A stretch of DNA of 64,000 bases from an uncultured Candidatus Saccharibacteria bacterium (GTDB lineage: Bacteria; Patescibacteriota; Saccharimonadia; Saccharimonadales; Saccharimonadaceae), in the NCBI GenBank assembly GCA_963539815.1, contig CAUTMO010000003.1, forward strand, positions 131 through 64,130, read 5' to 3'. The notes beneath the pieces were generated by a model that saw nothing but the letters and a program-made list of their open reading frames with translations, made no database searches and had not been told where the DNA came from. Each line of letters opens with the position of its first letter. Position 1 is the first letter of the stretch. The position numbers were made by a program, and so were the translations under genes. Shown here piece after piece: positions 1 through 8,109 of this stretch.

Positions 1-838
1 ACGCGTACATTTCCAACTTATTAAATTGGTGAACTCGGAACAGGCCACGTGTGTGCTTTCCGTATGTTCCCGCCTCTTTTCGATAGCAAGGACTATATCC
101 AGCGTACAGCAATGGCAAATCTTTTTCGTCCAAAATTTCATCCGCGTGATAGCCGGTTAATGGCATTTCCGCCGTACCAATTAGCGTCAAATCTTCACCG
201 TCAACTACATATTCATTACTACCTTCACCCTTCGGAGTAAAACCTGCGCCTTCAGCTGTTCGCAAATTGACCATGTGCGGCACGGTCATAAATGTGAAGC
301 CCTGCTTTGTTACGTAATCCAAGGCAAATTGAGTGACGGCATTTTCCAGCAAAGCCAAATCACCCTTCAAATAATAAAACTTCGCACCAGCCACCTTAGC
401 GCCACGCTCAAAGTCTACCCAGCCGCGGCTTACGGCGTAATCCAAATGGTCTTTTGCGCCAGTTTTGCAATCGCCATAAACTTTTACTTCAACAGAATCT
501 TCTTCACCGCCCAGAGGCACGTCGTCAAAAGTGATATTCGGGACGTTTTTAAGAATTGCCGCAACTTTTTCCTCGGTCGATTTCAAATAGCTCTCACGCT
601 CTGCCAGCTCAACTTTCAATTGCTTGCCCTGATCAATTAACTCTTGGTCTGGTCGGCCGCCCTTCATCTTCGCTGAAATAACATTGCGTTGTTCGCGCAA
701 AGCTTCGACTTGCTTTTGCAAATCGCGGCGCTCATCGTCTAATTGCAACAATGCCGCAATATCAACTTTATAACCTTTATCGTTTGCCGACTTTTGCACC
801 AAATCGACATTTTCCCTGATGAACTTAATGTCTAACAT
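1..838 (-). CDS. serS: Seryl-tRNA synthetase, 5' part (3' end lies beyond the left window edge)
   Basis: Not in the ORF track because it runs off the edge. My minus-strand translation from the ATG at 838..836 reads MLDIKFIRENVDLVQKSANDKGYKV...LEALREQRN...YSPCYRKEAGTYGKHTRGLFRVHQFNKLEMYA. That covers the SerRS N-terminal coiled-coil arm plus the class II motif 2 region. Confidence 0.9.
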   Translation of the reverse strand, partial: MLDIKFIRENVDLVQKSANDKGYKVDIAALLQLDDERRDLQKQVEALREQRNVISAKMKGGRPDQELIDQGKQLKVELAERESYLKSTEEKVAAILKNVPNITFDDVPLGGEEDSVEVKVYGDCKTGAKDHLDYAVSRGWVDFERGAKVAGAKFYYLKGDLALLENAVTQFALDYVTKQGFTFMTVPHMVNLRTAEGAGFTPKGEGSNEYVVDGEDLTLIGTAEMPLTGYHADEILDEKDLPLLYAGYSPCYRKEAGTYGKHTRGLFRVHQFNKLEMYA

Positions 839-874
839 GTCTCAATTATATAACAACATAGACTATATATAAAT

Positions 875-905
875 AAACCCCGCCGGATTTAACAGACGGG
901 GTTTT
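875..905 (-). terminator. Rho-independent terminator after the collagen-like gene
   Basis: The minus strand reads AAAACCCCG-tctgttaaatcc-CGGGGTTT followed by ATTTAT. It lies between the stop at 927 and the serS promoter. Confidence 0.7.
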
Positions 906-926
906 AGATAAGTGTAAATGATTTAC

Positions 927-2153
927 TTACATAGCTGTGCCAGGTAACGTCGTTGGCCATGGAACGTTGTCGTCTGGAATATAAGATACACTAACGATCG
1001 GAGGGAGTGTTGGTGTTGGATTCTGAGCGCTAGCTGCTTCAGCTTGAATCTGTCCAGTAGTTTGAACTATCCAAGTCAAGTACGAATTACCGTATCGACC
1101 AGCGGAAGGACCTTGCATTTGATCGCCAGGGTGTAATCCAGACGGCAATGGAGCTCCGCCGCCGTTCCAGCTATACCCCCAGCCCGTAAGAGCTGCGTAC
1201 AGATAAACAGTATTATTAATTCGTCGAACCTTGACTACGCTGGCTTTCATGGATGTTGAGAGAATCTGAGGAACGCTCCTCCAGCCAGTGTCGCCGTACA
1301 CAACCTTCCAGCCTGTTTTATCACTACCACTAGCTTTAATCCAGCGAATGGCACCGTTTGTAGCAGCTGTATCGGTATAATACGTGCCAACACTAGCCTT
1401 AACATTACCCTCAGGCATACCAGTTCCGCGAATTTCGTACGTATCTTTCCACTCTACGTCACAGTCATTATCAGTTTTCTTACCGAGTACTTGATTTGTT
1501 TTGCCACCCGCAGGAAGATTCTTGCCTGTAAATTGTAAACCTAGGTTACTTGTACCATTTCCGGTAATAGTCAATCCGGTTGAGCAAGGCTGAGTGCTAT
1601 TAGTTACAGAAATTGTAGCATTTTGGCCAGCTGCCCCTGTAGCACCAGTCGCACCAGTAGCTCCCGTGGCTCCTCTAGCTCCTGTAGCACCATTAACTCC
1701 ATTGCGACCGTCTTTACCATCCTTGCCGTTTTGACCGTTTTGGCCATTAATGCCGTTTCGACCGTCCTTACCGTCCTTGCCATCTTTGCCATCTTGACCA
1801 TTCTGACCCTTAAGCAGATCAGAATATGCTATGACATTCTTCCATTCTGAGTCGCCAGTGTATCGCCACTGAATATACAAAGAGCCTTTCTGGACTTCAA
1901 TACTACGACCGTCTTTGCCGCGAAGCTCATCAAGAGATATGATTTTCTTCCAATCGCCGCCTGAATATTGATACTGAATCTCGCCTGAGTCCTGACGAAC
2001 AGATATAGAATCTATGTCAAAACCGCCACGTGGCATCATCTTACAAAAGATAAAGAACAGCAACAGTATTAATATTATAGTTATAGTGAACAGACTCAAG
2101 ACAAATGTCTTTGACGCCGGCTTCCTATTGTTTGTTTCTTCCATCAAAAACAA
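927..2153 (-). CDS. Membrane-anchored collagen-like (G-X-Y)21 repeat protein with a globular C-terminal domain
   Basis: N-terminal TM segment FVLSLFTITIILILLLFFIF. A duplicated module IQYQYSGGDWKKIISLDELRGKDG / IQWRYTGDSEWKNVIAYSDLLKGQNG. An uninterrupted run of 21 Gly-X-Y triplets (GQNGQDGKDGKDG...GATGATGATGATGAAGQN, DNA 1620..1808). A C-terminal domain of about 230 aa. Confidence 0.85.
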   Translation of the reverse strand: MFLMEETNNRKPASKTFVLSLFTITIILILLLFFIFCKMMPRGGFDIDSISVRQDSGEIQYQYSGGDWKKIISLDELRGKDGRSIEVQKGSLYIQWRYTGDSEWKNVIAYSDLLKGQNGQDGKDGKDGKDGRNGINGQNGQNGKDGKDGRNGVNGATGARGATGATGATGATGAAGQNATISVTNSTQPCSTGLTITGNGTSNLGLQFTGKNLPAGGKTNQVLGKKTDNDCDVEWKDTYEIRGTGMPEGNVKASVGTYYTDTAATNGAIRWIKASGSDKTGWKVVYGDTGWRSVPQILSTSMKASVVKVRRINNTVYLYAALTGWGYSWNGGGAPLPSGLHPGDQMQGPSAGRYGNSYLTWIVQTTGQIQAEAASAQNPTPTLPPIVSVSYIPDDNVPWPTTLPGTAM

Positions 2154-2249
2154 CCCCCAAATCGTTTTTTAACTACTTATGCTTTATCATTCTACACGCA
2201 TTTAATTTAAAAATCAAGCTATTTTTTACTCTTTATTCACAATTTTTTA

Positions 2250-3089
2250 TTAAACGTGAGAAATCACTCCCGCGCCAAGCATGACCAATAAAAGCAAACC
2301 CAGGACAAATCGATAAATTATAAACGGTCGGAAATTATTGCTCTGAATAAATTTTAATAACCACGACACAGCCAAATAACCGACACCAAATGAAATTACC
2401 GTGGCGATTATGGTTGGAGTCCAGCCAACGCCGCCAGAAATGTGCTTATATTTGGTGACAACTTCCAATAGTCCTGCTGCGACCAGCGCTGGAATGCCCA
2501 AGAAGAAACTCAATTTCGTAACCGACACGCGGTCAAATCCACGAAATAGACCGACTGAAATCGTTGCGCCAGAGCGACTAATGCCCGGAATGAGCGATAA
2601 GCACTGCCCCGCGCCAATCGCCAGCGTGTCTTTCCAGCTCGTCTCAGTTTCACCACGCTTGTTATTTACCGCACGATTGTCAGCCAGCCACATAACAACG
2701 CTCCAACCAATCAACCCGAACGCCACAAACCACAAACTGCGCAGAACCGTTTCAACTTCATGCTTAAATAACAGTCCGACAATCGCAATAGGAATTGAGC
2801 CGATAATAATTGCCCAACCATATTTATAATCAAACTTTCGACGCGCCCGTTTCCACCATAAACCGCGCCACCAAGCCTGTAAAATTCGCCAAATGTCGCT
2901 CCAGAAATAAATCACTGCCGCCAAAATTGCTCCGATCTGGATTATCGCCGTAAAAGCAACGACACTCGGATCGTCAATTCGCATACCCAACAACTTCTCA
3001 GCAATCGTCAAATGTCCAGTCGAAGAAATCGGTAAGAATTCCGTAATTCCCTCAATTACGCCGAGAATAATCGCTTGCCACCAAGTCAC
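2250..3089 (-). CDS. uppP: Undecaprenyl-diphosphate phosphatase (GTG start)
   Basis: N-terminus MTWWQAIILGVIEGITEFLPISSTGHL and GISRSGATI are the BacA/UppP signature motifs. The protein is polytopic. Confidence 0.93.
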   Translation of the reverse strand: MTWWQAIILGVIEGITEFLPISSTGHLTIAEKLLGMRIDDPSVVAFTAIIQIGAILAAVIYFWSDIWRILQAWWRGLWWKRARRKFDYKYGWAIIIGSIPIAIVGLLFKHEVETVLRSLWFVAFGLIGWSVVMWLADNRAVNNKRGETETSWKDTLAIGAGQCLSLIPGISRSGATISVGLFRGFDRVSVTKLSFFLGIPALVAAGLLEVVTKYKHISGGVGWTPTIIATVISFGVGYLAVSWLLKFIQSNNFRPFIIYRFVLGLLLLVMLGAGVISHV

Positions 3090-3154
3090 GCTTAAAAATT
3101 ACCTTTCATCCTTCAAGTGTAGCATTAGCGGTAAAATCATTCAAATGTGTGAGC

Positions 3155-4432
3155 CTAAGATTCGGTATTTTCTGCTTCAATCGAGTTTTGATAGAACAAA
3201 CCACTAACATTCACGCCCGCAGGAGCATAAATTTTCAAGCCAGTTATCGGCTTATAAAACTTCAGACAACCGTCAAAGAATATCGCGTTGCACTTCTCGG
3301 AAACAGACAGCACAATTTTATCGCCATCGCGGCGCACGTTAATTTCTGGTTTATTCGCCCTTGGCAAATCCACAAACTCCGCTTCCACCTTAAATTTGTC
3401 AGAATTTATTCGCGAAACATTCCCCACTGGCATATCAATAAAAATTGAATTAGCGTTTGTCGTATCTGGAATATCGATATTTACTTTCTTCGTGAGCTGC
3501 TGCGATTCACGTGCATATTCCAAACCAGCGTGCGCGCTAAATATTGCGGCGCTTGCCAAACTCATAAAAACAACGGATGCCGCTACGATCATTGTGATTA
3601 CAGACATTCGGTTGACCTTCCAGGCGAATATGCCACGCGTTACGATTGCGCCAAATATTACCGTCGCGATTCCGCCAATTGCCAAGGAAGTCCACACTCC
3701 CCACGCCCACATTTGCATACCCAAACCGCCGAGCATATCAATCATGGAAACGCCGAGCGCCCCGCCAACAATCAGTCCAAACAGTATCGCTAGCGTCGTA
3801 AGTAGCACCACAGCGCCGACAAAATATTGGAAAAATTTCGCAATTGGAGTTTTTCTGGCAGACACAGTTGAACTTCCATCAGCAGAAGTCTCCTTGAGCG
3901 CAGCCAAAGTTACTGGCTTTCCGCGCATTCGCAATTTGTCCGACGCGGTTTTTGCTGGCGGCATTGACACCCACATCGCGAGATAAACCAGCACCATCGC
4001 ACCAAATGTCACGAACGGCGAGATAATTGCAATCAGTCGCACCCACAACGGATTGATATTAAAGTACGCCGCTATTCCCGCACACACGCCGCCAATGACA
4101 GCCCCGTCCGTGTCGCGCATCAATTGCTTTTCTGGCTTCTCATTATCATCTGTCAATTCATCAGTTGAGTCCTCGCTATCATCCGAAAAATCGCGCGGTT
4201 CGCCCATTTGATTTTTAATCGCCAAAACGTCATCATCGCCAATAACGCCCTCTTTCATCACGCCACGCTCGGCCAAAATCTCAACCATTCGCGCCTCAAT
4301 TTCCTTCATCGCTTCCGCGTCGGCGTGCATATTTTTCTGAATCGAATTAAGGTATTTTTCTAGCGATTTCTTAGCGTCAATTTCCACACTAAATGCCGTT
4401 TTTGCCAGATGAATCCTGGTTATTTCCTTCAT
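3155..4432 (-). CDS. PspC-domain membrane protein with an N-terminal HAAS/DUF1700-like sensor-helper region
   Basis: The PspC motif is RDTDGAVIGGVCAGIAAYFNINPLWVRLIAIISPFVTFGAMVLVYLAMWVSMP. The N-terminus (KSLEKYLNSIQKNM...EIEARMVEILAERG...IKNQMGEPRDF) resembles the DUF1700/HAAS region found next to PadR genes. The start overlaps the PadR stop. Confidence 0.75.
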   Translation of the reverse strand: MKEITRIHLAKTAFSVEIDAKKSLEKYLNSIQKNMHADAEAMKEIEARMVEILAERGVMKEGVIGDDDVLAIKNQMGEPRDFSDDSEDSTDELTDDNEKPEKQLMRDTDGAVIGGVCAGIAAYFNINPLWVRLIAIISPFVTFGAMVLVYLAMWVSMPPAKTASDKLRMRGKPVTLAALKETSADGSSTVSARKTPIAKFFQYFVGAVVLLTTLAILFGLIVGGALGVSMIDMLGGLGMQMWAWGVWTSLAIGGIATVIFGAIVTRGIFAWKVNRMSVITMIVAASVVFMSLASAAIFSAHAGLEYARESQQLTKKVNIDIPDTTNANSIFIDMPVGNVSRINSDKFKVEAEFVDLPRANKPEINVRRDGDKIVLSVSEKCNAIFFDGCLKFYKPITGLKIYAPAGVNVSGLFYQNSIEAENTES

Positions 4433-4776
4433 TATTTTATTCCTTTCTCTAAGTTATCAAGCGAATTATTTAACATATTTATGCGATCTTTAAGTTCATG
4501 AATCAATTGATCGCCGTGATCTGTCAATGAATAATATTTTCGCGGCGGACCTTGCTCGCTTTCCTGCCATTCGTGTTGCAAATATCCGTCTTTCTGCAGC
4601 CTATTCAGCAGCGGATAAATCGTACCTTCGACCACTGTTAAATCCGAATCGTTCAATTGCTTAACGATGTCGCCGGCGTACTGCGCTTTATTAGAACAAA
4701 CCAGTAAAACGCAATAAACCAAAAATCCTTTTCGCAATTGGACCGCCAAGCTTTCCGCATAGCTATCAACGTCCAC
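4432..4776 (-). CDS. PadR-family transcriptional regulator
   Basis: GTIYPLLNRLQKDGYLQHEWQESEQGPPRKYYSLTDHG is the PadR winged-helix signature. The protein is 114 aa. Confidence 0.9.
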   Translation of the reverse strand: MDVDSYAESLAVQLRKGFLVYCVLLVCSNKAQYAGDIVKQLNDSDLTVVEGTIYPLLNRLQKDGYLQHEWQESEQGPPRKYYSLTDHGDQLIHELKDRINMLNNSLDNLEKGIK

Positions 4777-5464
4777 TTTTACCTTCTTTCGGTATGTTAG
4801 AACCCTTAATTTTGCCGTCTTTGATCAGGATTTGATAATCGCATTTCTTGGCCAAGTCAACGTCGTGCGTCACGATAATCAGCGTTGCGCCTTCTTGCTT
4901 GTTGTAATTGAACAGCAATTCTTCCACCTTCGCGCCAGTTTCGCTGTCCAAATTTCCCGTAGGTTCGTCCGCAAAAATGATCTGAGGACTACCGACAATT
5001 GCCCGCGCAATCGCCAAACGCTGCTTCTGACCACCCGACAAATCCTTCGCACGATTCTTACGTTTCTCATACAAGTCCACTGCCTTCAGCGCCTCATTGA
5101 TCTTACTTTCCCTCAAGCCCCTTGGCATTTTCACAATTTCCAGTGGCAAACTTACATTATCCGCCACGCTTTCATTGCCCTGAACAAAGAAACTCTGGAA
5201 AATAAAACCTATTTTTCTCGCACGGAACTCGTCAACTTGTTTTTGCTTCAATTTCAGAATGTCCTGACCGTCAATAATCACCTCACCTTGCTGTGGTCGA
5301 TCCAGGCCAGAAATTGCGTGCATTAACGTCGATTTTCCTGAACCAGATTTTCCCAAAATCGCCACGCTCACGCCCGTCGGAATTCGCAAACTCACATCAT
5401 TTAGCGCCACAAATTGGTTCTTCTTTTTGCCGTAAATTTTCGTCACATTTTTAAGCTCAATCAT
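4766..5464 (-). CDS. ABC transporter ATP-binding protein (MacB/LolD/FtsE-like)
   Basis: Walker A GKSGSGKST, signature LSGGQKQR, Walker B IIFADEPTGNLD, H-loop VTHD. Confidence 0.93.
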   Translation of the reverse strand: MIELKNVTKIYGKKKNQFVALNDVSLRIPTGVSVAILGKSGSGKSTLMHAISGLDRPQQGEVIIDGQDILKLKQKQVDEFRARKIGFIFQSFFVQGNESVADNVSLPLEIVKMPRGLRESKINEALKAVDLYEKRKNRAKDLSGGQKQRLAIARAIVGSPQIIFADEPTGNLDSETGAKVEELLFNYNKQEGATLIIVTHDVDLAKKCDYQILIKDGKIKGSNIPKEGKSGR

Positions 5465-5474
5465 AACAACTCTC

Positions 5475-6764
5475 CTATTCCGTCCTTAACGCTTCAATTG
5501 GATCTAATTTTGTTGCCTTGCGGCTCGGCAGCCAGCCAGAAAGCACCGCCATAATCATCAGCCCGATTATCAAAAGTCCCATTTGCAGAGGATTAACGAC
5601 TAATAGATTCGTACCTTGCTCCAACTTCAGTAAACTAGCAATCATAGGATTAAGTAGTGACATCAAACTTGCTAATCCAACACCAATTAAGCCACCAAGA
5701 AGTCCAACCCACGCCGCTTCATACCTGAACATTTTACCGATATCGCGACCTCGCATACCCAAAGCTTTCATCAGCCCAATCTGACTAGTTCGCTCCAAAA
5801 CCGAAATGTACATTGTGTTAATAATCCCAAAAACACTCGCCAAAAGCGCCAAGCCGCCAAACCCAATCAGCGCCATTTGAGCCACATTCACAAAAGTTAA
5901 AATAACTTTTTGCGTGTCCTGAATCGAATACGACTCATAATCCTTGCCAAGCTCATTCTTCACTGCCTCAACATTTTTCTCATCATCAACTGACGCAATT
6001 ACGTAAGAATATTCATTAGGCAAATTTTTAGGGTGACTAAAGTCGTAAATATCCTTAGCGTCGTCCACAGAAACGCGCACAGTCGGCTGGTAAAACAGGA
6101 TCGTATCCGAAGGTTTATCGACTGCTGCGACTTTCAGAGATATTTCCTTGTCAGCACCCTTGCTTGATGAAGTTCCTTTTTGCAATCCTAGTGTAATCGT
6201 TTGCCCAATTGCTGATTTTGCATCACTGAATCCCATTTTTTTCACGTAAGATTCTGAAATAACAACTTCACCCTTTTTCGGCATAAAATCATCCAAACTA
6301 CCAGCCGCAAGTTCCATTCGGGTTTTATCAAACTTCACAGTTACGCTAGGCACGAATTTCTTGTCGCTTGCCGAACTTTTGACATATAAAACTCCTGACA
6401 TGGAATAAGCTGGCGTCACTTTTTCCACGTGCGGGATTTTCTGTATTTTTTTCACGTCGTTATCAGTCATCGAATATTTCTCTATCGCCTTAGATTGACT
6501 ATTTTCCGTATCTTCCGAGTCGCTATATTCCGGAAGATTACTATCAGATCCTGACGAGGTCACTTTTTTATAGACCGAAACGGATTTTTTATCACCAGCC
6601 GCGTCAACCAGACTGTTTGTATACATACGGCCACCTTCTCCAGCCATCAGCGCCAATCCAATCGTAAATGCTCCGACTGAAATCGCCAGCGCGGTTAAGA
6701 TCGTACGACCTTTTGATCGCCCCAAATTTCGACCGGCGCGTTTAATAATGTCAATTCTTTTCAC
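5475..6764 (-). CDS. ABC transporter permease, FtsX/MacB type
   Basis: N-terminal TM, a large extracytoplasmic domain, and a C-terminal FtsX-like 3-TM bundle (MKALGMRGRDIGKMF...). It is adjacent to the ATPase gene. Confidence 0.85.
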   Translation of the reverse strand: MKRIDIIKRAGRNLGRSKGRTILTALAISVGAFTIGLALMAGEGGRMYTNSLVDAAGDKKSVSVYKKVTSSGSDSNLPEYSDSEDTENSQSKAIEKYSMTDNDVKKIQKIPHVEKVTPAYSMSGVLYVKSSASDKKFVPSVTVKFDKTRMELAAGSLDDFMPKKGEVVISESYVKKMGFSDAKSAIGQTITLGLQKGTSSSKGADKEISLKVAAVDKPSDTILFYQPTVRVSVDDAKDIYDFSHPKNLPNEYSYVIASVDDEKNVEAVKNELGKDYESYSIQDTQKVILTFVNVAQMALIGFGGLALLASVFGIINTMYISVLERTSQIGLMKALGMRGRDIGKMFRYEAAWVGLLGGLIGVGLASLMSLLNPMIASLLKLEQGTNLLVVNPLQMGLLIIGLMIMAVLSGWLPSRKATKLDPIEALRTE

Positions 6765-6784
6765 ATTAAACTCCTTGTTGATTT

Positions 6785-6828
6785 ATTATACATAGTACTA
6801 TGTTATACAAGGTACCTTAAATTGTCAA
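6785..6828 (-). promoter_or_regulatory. Promoter of the ABC-PadR-PspC operon with a 14-bp perfect palindrome (candidate PadR operator)
   Basis: Minus strand: TTGACA (6828..6823), a 17-nt spacer, then TAACAT (6805..6800). A second TATAAT lies at 6790..6785. The palindrome ACATAGT/ACTATGT at 6790..6803 overlaps the -10 and start region. Confidence 0.5.
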
Positions 6829-7065
6829 GGTATTTTTGAAAAAATATCTTTTTCATCATAGGACTTGGCGTGTTACACTACAATTGACGGGGATGAACTA
6901 GCTTCTATATTTGATCATATTTCACACTCTGAGGAACTTTTTCTCTCTAGAGATCTGGAAGAAATATATAAAAAATATCATCTTTAATACAGAGCGCAAA
7001 TTCTTATTCGGAATTGGACATTTAAAATCACGCAATCGTCAACAGCTACAATACTATTATTTTCT

Positions 7066-8019
7066 CTATTCCTCATCATACTCATCTTCAATCTCTTGGT
7101 CCAGAATCTCTTCAATCACGTCTTCCAGCGTAATAATTCCCAGCTCCGCCTCATCGTCCATCACCACAAACAAATGATTGCGCGTTTGAATAAATCGACT
7201 TAAGACCGTATCCAGGCGCGACCTCTTGTCAATATCGTAAATTTTATCGCGGTACAATTGGCTAATTGGCAACGGCAAATCCTTCCCGACGACATCCTTC
7301 ACGTATAAAACTCCGACCAATTCCCCGTCAGATTGAACCGGAATTCGCGAATGTCCAGCGTGCTTTATTTGCGCCAAAAGTGTAGCATCCAGCTCGTCAT
7401 CCAAATCCACAACAAAAACCTCGCTCATCGGCGTAACCAAATCGCCAGCCGTCTTTTTACTAAACTGCAGCGCTCCTGCCGCAATTCGGCTTTCGTCATA
7501 ATCAACCGGACTATCCGACCTGACGGCGTGCTCGTGAATAATCTCCTCCAGCTCCTGATGAGAATATAATTGCGGCGTTTCCTTACCCAGCCAGCGATTC
7601 AACAATTTCGACATCGGCTGAGCAAGCGGCCAAAATAGCACGTAAATCACATCAAGCAACCAAAAGAAATATCGCACAAATCGATATCCACGCTGCGAGA
7701 AAATCGCCTGTGGCAAAATCTCGCCAAACATCGTGATAAGAAGCGTCGCAATCAAACCGCCGACTACGCCATTCGTCATGTTGCCAAGTAAAATCGACAT
7801 CGCGGTATTCACGCCGACGTTACCAAGCAAAATACAGAAAATCAAATAATAGCCGTCTTTTCGATATCGATACACTCGCGCCGCAATTTTGTCGCCCTGC
7901 CTGGCTTTTCGCTTCAAGTCATCAGGCCGCGCCATCATTAAACCAATATTCAGACCGGAAAATAGCCCAGAAAGCGCCAATAAAACAGCCGCCGCCAACC
8001 ATAATAAAATATTAGACAT
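7066..8019 (-). CDS. CNNM/HlyC-CorC family transporter (DUF21 membrane domain plus a CBS pair)
   Basis: Four N-terminal TM helices with GEILPQAIFSQ, followed by a CBS-pair region (HSRIPV...VGVLYVKD...VVMDDEAELGIITLEDVIEEI). Confidence 0.85.
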   Translation of the reverse strand: MSNILLWLAAAVLLALSGLFSGLNIGLMMARPDDLKRKARQGDKIAARVYRYRKDGYYLIFCILLGNVGVNTAMSILLGNMTNGVVGGLIATLLITMFGEILPQAIFSQRGYRFVRYFFWLLDVIYVLFWPLAQPMSKLLNRWLGKETPQLYSHQELEEIIHEHAVRSDSPVDYDESRIAAGALQFSKKTAGDLVTPMSEVFVVDLDDELDATLLAQIKHAGHSRIPVQSDGELVGVLYVKDVVGKDLPLPISQLYRDKIYDIDKRSRLDTVLSRFIQTRNHLFVVMDDEAELGIITLEDVIEEILDQEIEDEYDEE

Positions 8020-8109
8020 AATTACAACCTCTACTCTGAATCGCAGCTAAAAACATCCTGCCAGAAAATAACTCCAATAAAAAATCCATATCTTTAATTA
8101 TACCAAACT

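Noticed and set aside
1604-1850. Two short ORFs (65 aa on the minus strand, 75 aa on the plus strand) within the collagen repeat region.
   Set aside because: They are alternative-frame readings of the 9-bp periodic G-X-Y coding repeat. Their periodic M/V/K/T or S/T/C composition is an artefact of that repeat.
3288-3986. Long antisense ORFs inside well-supported minus-strand genes. Examples: 3288..3986, 10417..10950, 14199..14714, 14486..15163, 18168..18704, 45613..46047, 49106..49498.
   Set aside because: Each is fully embedded in a gene with strong motif support on the other strand. Their translations are low-complexity (S/R/L/F/I-rich) and none has start-site signals.
6911-7177. An 88-aa + strand ORF in the 300-nt gap between the ABC operon promoter and the CNNM gene.
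   Set aside because: Its second half overlaps the CNNM gene antisense, and the sequence is low-complexity (SSSYSSSISWSRISSITSSS). I could not assign any function or RNA fold to the remaining part of the gap (6840..7065) and leave it unannotated.
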